The notes beneath the pieces are model-generated. The model saw only the letters and a list, made by a program, of their open reading frames with translations. It was not told the DNA's origin and ran no database searches. Positions 8,607-15,306 of a stretch of DNA of 64,000 bases are shown here, one piece after another. The position numbers were made by a program, and so were the translations under genes. The stretch comes from Clostridiales bacterium (GTDB taxonomy: Bacteria > Bacillota > Clostridia > Christensenellales > CAG-138): positions 103,618 through 167,617 of the forward strand of contig DXWI01000002.1 in the NCBI GenBank assembly GCA_019416935.1, in the 5' to 3' direction. The first letter of the stretch is position 1, and each line of letters opens with the position of its first letter.

Positions 8607-8819
8607 CTGTTTTCGCTCCTTTCCAAAGTATGTTTGCGGCAGACAGCACGGACTGTGGTCCGCCACGAAATTAGTTTGCCCTTGCGCCGTCGACTTTTGC
8701 GTGCCAGTTTTGAACATTTTTTGACGCTATTTTCCGCCGGTGCCGCTCGGCTGCGGTTGCGCATCGCCGGCGCACGGCGTATAATAAATAGAAAACTTTT
8801 TTGGAACGGGGGCTTTTTC

Positions 8820-10181
8820 ATGGAAAGCTTGGAAAGCGCGCATCATATTCATCTGATCGGCATCGGCGGCTGCAGCATGAGCGGTCTTGCGCGCATTTTG
8901 AAAGCACACGGGCATATGGTCACCGGCAGCGACCGGGAGCGCACGCAGTTTACAGACAGTTTGGACGCGGCAGCCATTCCCTATTCGGTTGGCCACACGG
9001 GCGCATATCTCGACGGCGCGGATCTTGTGATCTACTCCGCCGCGATCAAGCCGGATAACCCGGAGCGCGTCATTGCAGCGCAGCGGGGCATTCCGGAGCT
9101 TGAGCGCAGCGTGGCGCTGGGCCAGATCTCCTCCCGATTCCATGAGGTTGTCGCCATCGCCGGCTGTCATGGCAAGACTACCATCACCTCTATGCTCGCC
9201 GGCATCACTGTGGCGGCGCACGCGGATGCGACCATCCACGTCGGCGGCTATGTGGATGCGCTCGGCGGCGGCGTTCGGGTCGGCAGCCGCGACCTGTTCA
9301 TCACGGAGGCCTGCGAATATGTGGAGAGCTTTTTGACGCTTTCCCCGACCATTGCGCTCATCAGCAACATCGATAACGATCATCTGGACTACTTCCAATC
9401 CATGGAGAACATCGTCCGTGCTTTTGAAAAATTTTTGGACCGGCTGCCCGCCGACGGCACGTTCATCGGCTGTGCGGACGATCCGTTTGTACGCGCGCTG
9501 GTCGAAAAGAGCGCGCACCGCACGTTGACCTACGGGCTGACCGGCGGTGATTACTGCGCCGCGGACGTCGCTTATGACGCGGAGGGCAACCCGTCCTTTA
9601 CCGCCGTGCGCGGCGATGAAGCGCTCGGCCGCGTGCAGCTCGGCGTTCCCGGCACGCACAATGTTTTGAACGCGCTCGGTGCGCTCGCCGTGTCCGACCG
9701 GATCGGCGTCCCCTTCGATCTCTATTGTTCCGCCATCGCCTCGTTCCGCAACACGCGCCGCCGGTTTGAATTCTATGGAGAGCGCGACGGCATTCGCGTG
9801 TTTCATGACTATGGACACCATCCGAATGAGATCCGCGCTACGCTGGAAGCCGCCGCGCGCTTGCCGCACAAGCACCTCTACTGCGTGTTTCAGTGCAACA
9901 GCTATACGCGCGCGCGAACGCTGTTCACCGAGGGGGTCACCTGCTTTGCCGGCGCAGACGCCGTGCTCGTGCCGGACATCTATCCCGGTCGGGAGAAGGA
10001 TACGGGCGTCGTCCATGCGCGCGATATGGTAGCGGCCATCCAAGCCGCCGGCACCGCCGCCCACTATCTTCCCACGTTTGAGGAAATCCGCTGCTGGCTC
10101 GATGCGCACGGCGAGACCGGCGACGTCGTCGTGACCGTCGGCTCCGGCGATGTCTACCGCCAGACGAGGAAACTGCTTTGA
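8820..10181 (+). CDS. murC: UDP-N-acetylmuramate--L-alanine ligase
   Basis: MESLESAHHIHLIGIGGCSMSGLARIL... is the typical MurC N-terminus, with the Mur ligase P-loop AGCHGKTTITSM. The ORF track start at 8415 is an upstream extension through the repeat region. Confidence 0.9.
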   Translation: MESLESAHHIHLIGIGGCSMSGLARILKAHGHMVTGSDRERTQFTDSLDAAAIPYSVGHTGAYLDGADLVIYSAAIKPDNPERVIAAQRGIPELERSVALGQISSRFHEVVAIAGCHGKTTITSMLAGITVAAHADATIHVGGYVDALGGGVRVGSRDLFITEACEYVESFLTLSPTIALISNIDNDHLDYFQSMENIVRAFEKFLDRLPADGTFIGCADDPFVRALVEKSAHRTLTYGLTGGDYCAADVAYDAEGNPSFTAVRGDEALGRVQLGVPGTHNVLNALGALAVSDRIGVPFDLYCSAIASFRNTRRRFEFYGERDGIRVFHDYGHHPNEIRATLEAAARLPHKHLYCVFQCNSYTRARTLFTEGVTCFAGADAVLVPDIYPGREKDTGVVHARDMVAAIQAAGTAAHYLPTFEEIRCWLDAHGETGDVVVTVGSGDVYRQTRKLL

Positions 10182-10987
10182 GCTTGTCCGGCTATGCGTT
10201 CGACAATCGCATTCTCGATGAACCGGCGGCGTTCGACACGCTGAGCGAGCCGTACTTCCGCGCCGGTCACAGCACGGTCGGCTGTCTTTTGCTGCACGGC
10301 ATCGGCGGCACGCCGGCCAATATGCGTGTCATCGCCGAGGCGCTGCAATCGCGCGGCTTTACCGTGTATGTCCCCCTGCTGCCCGGCCACGGAACGACCG
10401 TGCGCGCCCTGCAAGCCTCGACCGACGAGCAGTGGCTTGCCTGCGCGCAAGATGGCTATGACCGGCTGCGCGCGGTCGGCTGCACGCGCATCGTGCCGAT
10501 CGGTCTGTCGCTCGGCGGCATCCTCGCCGGCCTGATTGCAGCCGAGCGCGATTGCGCGGCGCTCTGCCTGATCAGCGCGCCCATTCGCATGCGCACCTAT
10601 CTGCATGTCGCGCGGGTGCTCAGCCCGCTCCTTCCCGCCATCCGTTTTTCGCAGGCCGATATCGACCGGTGCAGGAGCAAGCTGCCCTACGGGCAGTTGT
10701 ACGCGGGCTTTTCCACCCGCAAGCTGGCCGATCTGTACCGGCTGATTCGCCGCCTGCGCCGCGCGCTGCCCGGCATCACCTGTCCCACACTGGCGCTCTG
10801 GTCACGGTACGACAACAAGGTCGCCCCGTGTGCCGCGAAAACGCTTCAGCGCGGCCTATCCCATGCCGCGCTCACCATGCGTACCATGGAGCATTCCCCG
10901 CACGGCAGCACCTATGACCCGTGCGAACGCGATCTCGTTGCGCAGCTCGCGGCGGATTTTGTCTCCCAAGCTGCCGGCACAGAGTAA
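10178..10987 (+). CDS. Alpha/beta hydrolase (carboxylesterase / lysophospholipase-like)
   Basis: HG oxyanion motif LLLHGIGGTP and nucleophile elbow GLSLGG. The TTG start overlaps the murC stop. 269 aa. Confidence 0.75.
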   Translation: MSLSGYAFDNRILDEPAAFDTLSEPYFRAGHSTVGCLLLHGIGGTPANMRVIAEALQSRGFTVYVPLLPGHGTTVRALQASTDEQWLACAQDGYDRLRAVGCTRIVPIGLSLGGILAGLIAAERDCAALCLISAPIRMRTYLHVARVLSPLLPAIRFSQADIDRCRSKLPYGQLYAGFSTRKLADLYRLIRRLRRALPGITCPTLALWSRYDNKVAPCAAKTLQRGLSHAALTMRTMEHSPHGSTYDPCERDLVAQLAADFVSQAAGTE

Positions 10988-11001
10988 TGCGCCGCCCGTT
11001 C

Positions 11002-11031
11002 TTGACAAGCCCCGATCATACCCTCTATAAT
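11002..11031 (+). promoter_or_regulatory. Consensus sigma-70-type promoter upstream of the tRNA-Arg locus
   Basis: TTGACA (11002-11007), 18-nt spacer, TATAAT (11026-11031). Confidence 0.55.
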
Positions 11032-11143
11032 GCATAGGTGGGTTTGATGCGTGCGATGCGCCCCCGGCCCGCTGCCCGTCTGCGCACCGCGCAGCAAGCG
11101 TCCGCCCTCAGGTTTTGCGGAAAGCGGCAATCTTCGTGATCGT

Positions 11144-11185
11144 GTGCCCGCAGCGCAGCAGGATAGAGCGGTCGCCTCCTAAACC
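11144..11185 (+). pseudogene. Decayed tRNA-Arg(CCT) 5'-half copy A
   Basis: gtgcccgcagcgcagcaggatagagcggtcgcctcctaa aligns with positions 1-38 of the intact tRNA. No T-arm or 3' acceptor strand. Confidence 0.7.
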
Positions 11186-11215
11186 TGCCGATGCACACAA
11201 AATTTCATACACAAC

Positions 11216-11262
11216 TCTCCGTAGCTCAGCAGGATAGAGCATTCGCCTCCTAAGTGTGAGGA
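11216..11262 (+). pseudogene. Decayed tRNA-Arg(CCT) 5'-half copy B
   Basis: ctctccgtagctcagcaggatagagcattcgcctcctaagtgtgagg. Acceptor 5' strand, D-arm and anticodon loop are retained. The 3' half is absent. Confidence 0.75.
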
Positions 11263-11297
11263 CGTACACTCGCCTTGAGCACCACAATCCCATATAA

Positions 11298-11344
11298 GCG
11301 CCATTAGCTCAGCAGGATAGAGCGCACGCCTCCTAAGCGGAAGG
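11298..11344 (+). pseudogene. Decayed tRNA-Arg(CCT) 5'-half copy C
   Basis: gcgccattagctcagcaggatagagcgcacgcctcctaagcggaagg. D-arm and anticodon loop are retained. The 3' half is absent. Confidence 0.75.
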
Positions 11345-11390
11345 TGACCTATCACCAAACAGGGGGCAAAAACCGAAAAATTGAATACCT

Positions 11391-11466
11391 GTCTCCGTAG
11401 CTCAGTGGATAGAGCACTCGCCTCCTAAGCGAGGGGCCGCGCGTTCAAATCGCGCCGGGGACGCCA
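11391..11466 (+). tRNA. tRNA-Arg (anticodon CCT), 76 nt with encoded CCA
   Basis: Manual cloverleaf: acceptor GTCTCCG/CGGGGAC, D-arm GCTC-AGTGGATA-GAGC, anticodon stem CTCGC/GCGAG with loop CTCCTAA, T-arm GCGCG-TTCAAAT-CGCGC, discriminator G plus CCA. Confidence 0.9.
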
Positions 11467-11467
11467 A

Positions 11468-11505
11468 AAAGCCCGTAAAACAGCCGTTTTCGGGCTTTTG
11501 CTTTT
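11468..11505 (+). terminator. Rho-independent terminator after tRNA-Arg
   Basis: Stem aaagcccg/cgggcttt followed by ttgctttt. Confidence 0.6.
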
Positions 11506-11646
11506 GCCCGCCGTTGCTTTTACACTTTCTTATTACGCTCATGATTTTCTCATAGTGTTTTACTATTTTCTTTATTTTTTGCTAATTGGCGTTAGGTCGA
11601 TTTTTACGTCTTGGCACCAAAAAACACCTCGTTTGCTAATTTGAGA

Positions 11647-13023
11647 TTAGCAGACGTTTCCTGCAATCAAGCCCGCAAGAGTTTGAGCCAGCTCTGGTGA
11701 ATTCTTTAGCTGTTCAATGAGCTCGTTCAAATTGATATTTGCTGTCTGCTCTTTGGGTGGCTTGACTTCTCTTAGGTCGGGATTCGCATAAAATGCCGAC
11801 TCAAATTTCTGTGCATTGATTTTCCGATCTTCATCGAGAATATGTGCATACACCCTTGTGATCATATCAGCCTGGGAATGCCCTGTATCTCCCTGCGTCG
11901 CTTTAATATCTCCATGGTTAAGCTTCAGCTTGTAAGTAGTGCTGGAATGACGAAGGGAATGAAATACTACATTTGGCAGTCCGGCATCTTCTTTCAAACG
12001 ATTAAAGCCTTTTTCAATCAGCTTAATGTCACAAGGCCGTCCATTACCCTGTGCTACTACAAGATTATAGTCCAAATACTCGTTTCCGAGAAACTCTTTT
12101 TGTTTTTCTTGTGTATCACGCCATTCTCGAAGAATATAGGCAAGTGTTTTGGGGAGCCATACTCGTCTGACGCTTGTCGCTGTCTTTGGAGTTTTCAGAA
12201 CCAGCCTTGTTTTTGGGCAGCTCATAACTGGCGGAAACACGAATAATATATCCCTGTTCCCGAGAGTGTCCATTACATCTTTAGAAGCTCTGAAAAGCTC
12301 CTTTTCCACATAAATGGACGCATTATCCTGTGCAATGTCTGCCTCCTCAATATGCACATTATCCCATGTAAGCCCAAGTATTTCGCCTACGCGCAGAGAA
12401 CAGGCAAACGCTAAATTCATAGCAAGATACAGCTTTGCATCTTTACAGCAATCCAAAGCCTTTCGTATCGTTTCTGCTGTCCATATATCCCTTGGTTTAC
12501 TCTCGACTTTGGGAAGCGTTACGAAATCAAAGGGATTACGGGCAATAATTTCCCAACGTACAGCCTGTTTGAAAGCACAGCGCAATAGTTTTATGATCTT
12601 TTCAATGTTCGCCGGAGTTAAATACTCCGTTTTCCGTCGGCGTCCACCTACCTCAACAGGCTGTGTATTTTGCAGTGTTTTGATAAATTTGTCAGCTTCT
12701 CTTGGATTGATTTCCTTCATTTCCTTTTGTCCGATGAGCGGCAAAATATAGTTGGAAATCAACGCGCAGTTTGAGTTGTAGGTAGAATACGACCACGTTT
12801 TTTCACCATAAAGCAGTATGTAGTCTTGCAAAACATCTTTTACGGTCTGCTTGTTTGGGGGAAGAAATGTTCCATCGTTCTTTTTGTATTCAATTTCTGC
12901 CCTCCGCTTATGCGCTTCTGCATAAGTCTTAAATGTTTCCCAACGCTGCTTTTTTTCTCCCTTGTCATTTTCATAATTATAGACAACAGAGTAAGTTCCT
13001 CTCCTTTTTTTAATAGACGCCAT
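11647..13023 (-). CDS. int: Tyrosine site-specific integrase (Tn916/Tn1549 Int-like)
   Basis: 458 aa. N-terminal arm-binding-like MASIKKRRGTYSVVYNYENDKGEKKQRWETF. Catalytic residues in context: LRVGEILGL (R), HSLRHSSTTY (H-x-x-R), RVYAHI (Y). Confidence 0.9.
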   Translation of the reverse strand: MASIKKRRGTYSVVYNYENDKGEKKQRWETFKTYAEAHKRRAEIEYKKNDGTFLPPNKQTVKDVLQDYILLYGEKTWSYSTYNSNCALISNYILPLIGQKEMKEINPREADKFIKTLQNTQPVEVGGRRRKTEYLTPANIEKIIKLLRCAFKQAVRWEIIARNPFDFVTLPKVESKPRDIWTAETIRKALDCCKDAKLYLAMNLAFACSLRVGEILGLTWDNVHIEEADIAQDNASIYVEKELFRASKDVMDTLGNRDILFVFPPVMSCPKTRLVLKTPKTATSVRRVWLPKTLAYILREWRDTQEKQKEFLGNEYLDYNLVVAQGNGRPCDIKLIEKGFNRLKEDAGLPNVVFHSLRHSSTTYKLKLNHGDIKATQGDTGHSQADMITRVYAHILDEDRKINAQKFESAFYANPDLREVKPPKEQTANINLNELIEQLKNSPELAQTLAGLIAGNVC

Positions 13024-13044
13024 TGTTTTTCTCCTTTGATATGA

Positions 13045-13239
13045 TTAAATTTCCTGTTTGTCCAACCATTCATCAAAGGACTTTTTAGATATTCGTATTG
13101 AAGCACCTATACGAACGGATTTCACTTCACCTTTCTTAACAAATTCATAGGCTGCGGTACGGCTGATTCCAAGTAAGGTGGAAATTTCTTCTACTGTATA
13201 GGTGCGTTTTTCGCAGATGTGCTTTGGCATTTGTTCCAT
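13045..13239 (-). CDS. xis: Excisionase-family HTH DNA-binding protein
   Basis: 64 aa. YTVEEISTLLGISRTAAYEFVKKGEVKSVRIGASIRISKKSFDEWL is the typical excisionase/MerR-like HTH. Located directly upstream of int. Confidence 0.8.
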   Translation of the reverse strand: MEQMPKHICEKRTYTVEEISTLLGISRTAAYEFVKKGEVKSVRIGASIRISKKSFDEWLDKQEI

Positions 13240-13370
13240 TTGCCATGCCTCCTTTCTATGTTAATTTGCTGCCGCAATTCATCTGCTATATTTAGCATAC
13301 AGATAAATTGGTTAGGGCGCAAATGTGTCAAGTCGAATCATCTGTTTTTTAGTTGGTGCCATTCAAGATA

Positions 13371-13421
13371 AAGCGGCGGTCAAAATGGATTCTGCATAAA
13401 GGCAGAACAAGACCGCCGCTT
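13371..13421 (-). promoter_or_regulatory. Long stem-loop in the xis-int leader (candidate attenuator/terminator)
   Basis: 11-bp stem aagcggcggtc/gaccgccgctt enclosing an inner hairpin tctgc/gcaga. It lies between a promoter-like element at 13676-13704 and xis. Confidence 0.4.
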
Positions 13422-13675
13422 CCTCCATTTTTCTTGTATAATCACGCACACCTATTCGACACTACTCCCCGATGTGCAGGGCGACAACATAAACCGGCCT
13501 TACGGTCTGCATAGGAATCTCACCTCTCCCGGGTTCTCCGCGAGCTGCTCCCATTGCCTGCGACGCCATATACTTTTTTCAGTATGTACGCACGGACTGT
13601 GGCTAAACAGAAGTATCATTATCAGCAGGACAGGTCATGGCGAACTTCATGGAGCGCTCACTGTACTGCAAATGT

Positions 13676-13704
13676 ATCTATGCTGTCGGATATATGATTG
13701 TCAA
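13676..13704 (-). promoter_or_regulatory. Sigma-70-like promoter facing xis-int
   Basis: Minus strand: TTGACA (13704-13699), 17-nt spacer, ATAGAT (13681-13676). Confidence 0.4.
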
Positions 13705-13767
13705 GGTGCAAGAGAAAATTGATCTCTTCATAAACCACCAGAAAAAAATGGGAAATGGGGGTGTCTT

Positions 13768-14193
13768 TTAGAAAAAATAATTTATTTTTTTCTTAAGCCG
13801 GTTTAATGCACTTTTAATAGATTGCCTAACTGTGCTTCTGTCAACGCCTTGCATACGGGCAATCCCTGCATAACTCATACCAAGAAAAAAGTGAGCATAC
13901 AGCCTTTCTAATTGTTTATCCGTAAGCTCACTCATAGCAGAATAAAGGAGCTCTTGTACAATCTTAAATAAGTACAACTCCTCGGGAGATTGTACAAGCG
14001 ACACAGCGGCGTTATCTATTCCTTGATTGTTGTCAAGAGAGTAATAAGCCTTATGGTAGCGAATACACTCGCGCTGTGCCTTTTCTTTCTTTTGGTATAG
14101 AATCAGCAGATCTGCTACTTCGTCTGGTACATCATAAAATGAGTCTTGGTTATATAAAGTTGAATAAAAATCTCTGAGATTGATTGTTTTCAT
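13768..14193 (-). CDS. Sigma-70 family (region 4 / Tn916 Orf7-like) transcription factor
   Basis: 141 aa from the ATG at 14193, preceded by GGAGG. C-terminal ELTDKQLERLYAHFFLGMSYAGIARMQGVDRSTVRQSIKSALNRLKKK is a sigma region-4 HTH. Confidence 0.7.
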   Translation of the reverse strand: MKTINLRDFYSTLYNQDSFYDVPDEVADLLILYQKKEKAQRECIRYHKAYYSLDNNQGIDNAAVSLVQSPEELYLFKIVQELLYSAMSELTDKQLERLYAHFFLGMSYAGIARMQGVDRSTVRQSIKSALNRLKKKINYFF

Positions 14194-14717
14194 TTGAATC
14201 CTCCATTTTCTTGACTTCATTGATGAGAGCAACAAGAAAAATGGAGGTGGTGATCGGCAATGAAATGTTAAATTGAAGAATAGAGCGCATATAAAAACAC
14301 ATTTCCACAAAGCTAATGTTTTGAGAAATGTGTATTTGTTCGTGTTTTGGTATTCTGTTAGTTCGCGTCTGTGGCTATAAAATCCCCATTGCCGGATTGC
14401 GCTTTTTTTAGCTGTAAACTACAGCTTATGATACGCAATGCAGCATTCGGAGCTTTCTTTTCACAAGCTGCCGCTGCAGAACGGCGGCATTACATTTTTA
14501 CTTTCAGCATAATACATAAATCCCCCAACAGCTACCGACTTTGTTGGGGGATGCATGCGAAAATGCCCACCAGACAAAGTCTTTTTTTTGTTTGGTGAGG
14601 AATGAGTATATCTTATTGCAATACGATAGTGCTCCATTTGTTCGTGTTTTTCAGAACTAATGTATCGTGTTACGCCAATTCCGGGAACTATATGATGTAT
14701 ATGGAGGTGAACAATTA

Positions 14718-15047
14718 GTGAGTGTTAAGAAGCATGATTTCGGACATATTATTAAGCAAGCTCGTATAAAGAATAATTTTACTCAGGAACAGTTAGCTGA
14801 AACTCTGGATATCAGCGCCAGATATATGATGTCGATTGAAGGAGGTCAGCGTTCTCCCAGTTTATCGCTATTTTTTCAGATTATCCGCACACTTGAAATT
14901 GATGCAAATCAAATCATCTATCCCGAAAGAAACATATCTGATGAAGAGAAAATACGAGCCAATCTTTCTGTACTGCTTTCACGTTGCAATCAGCATCAAT
15001 TAAAAGTAATTATTGCTGCAACGCGCGCATTACTTGAAAATACATGA
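14718..15047 (+). CDS. XRE-family HTH transcriptional regulator
   Basis: GGAGGTGA at 14703-14710, then the GTG at 14718. IKQARIKNNFTQEQLAETLDISARYMMSIEGGQRSPS is a Cro/C1-type HTH. This is the only clearly plus-strand gene in the ICE part. Confidence 0.75.
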   Translation: MSVKKHDFGHIIKQARIKNNFTQEQLAETLDISARYMMSIEGGQRSPSLSLFFQIIRTLEIDANQIIYPERNISDEEKIRANLSVLLSRCNQHQLKVIIAATRALLENT

Positions 15048-15090
15048 ACGATCCTAAGGATCATTCTGCGAGCATGAAAAAATTAAGACT

Positions 15091-15306
15091 CTACAAATTT
15101 AATAGGATAACATCCAGATAATCCATCAGATTTTTCTTTTCAAGCTGCTTTATTTTTTGCCTTGCGCCGCCGTAACGGGTAATGTAAGTAACGTCCCCCG
15201 TCACTAAATAAGCGTAAATTTGTACCTTTGGATCATAGCCTCTCTCTTCAAGAAGGGCAATAATCTCTTTTAACTTTGGTTCAAACTCTTTTTCTTTCAT
15301 TTTCAT
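15091..15306 (-). CDS. IreB-family (UPF0297 / YrzL-like) small regulatory protein paralog, N-terminally short
   Basis: 71 aa. ERGYDPKVQIYAYLVTGDVTYITRYGGARQKIKQLEKKNL parallels the IreB core [40 protein letters not shown]. The ATG at 15306 overlaps the upstream stop (ATGA). Confidence 0.65.
   Translation of the reverse strand: MKMKEKEFEPKLKEIIALLEERGYDPKVQIYAYLVTGDVTYITRYGGARQKIKQLEKKNLMDYLDVILLNL

Noticed and set aside
8296-8649. LPKTG motif in the E/P/A-rich frame (possible sortase substrate)
   Set aside because: The motif is followed by a charged, non-hydrophobic tail (GRRDRNNDILSD...). There is no signal peptide and no membrane-spanning segment, and the frame itself is doubtful. This is most likely coincidental.
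8415-8819. The N-terminal 135-codon extension of the murC ORF (ORF track start at 8415), with poly-Leu/Val translation
   Set aside because: The extension merely reads through the tandem repeat on the opposite strand. A canonical MurC N-terminus starts at the ATG at 8820.
11108-11293. 61-aa minus-strand ORF across the tRNA-fragment array
   Set aside because: It is simply the antisense reading of the pseudo-tRNA repeats. It has no RBS and no coding signature.
13474-13722. 82-aa plus-strand ORF in the xis-sigma intergenic region, and a possible riboswitch in the GC-rich patch at 13480-13590
   Set aside because: The ORF has no RBS, odd composition and opposite orientation to the whole element. 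I compared the patch by eye with glycine, SAM-I, c-di-GMP-I, ZTP and preQ1 consensus features and none fitted.
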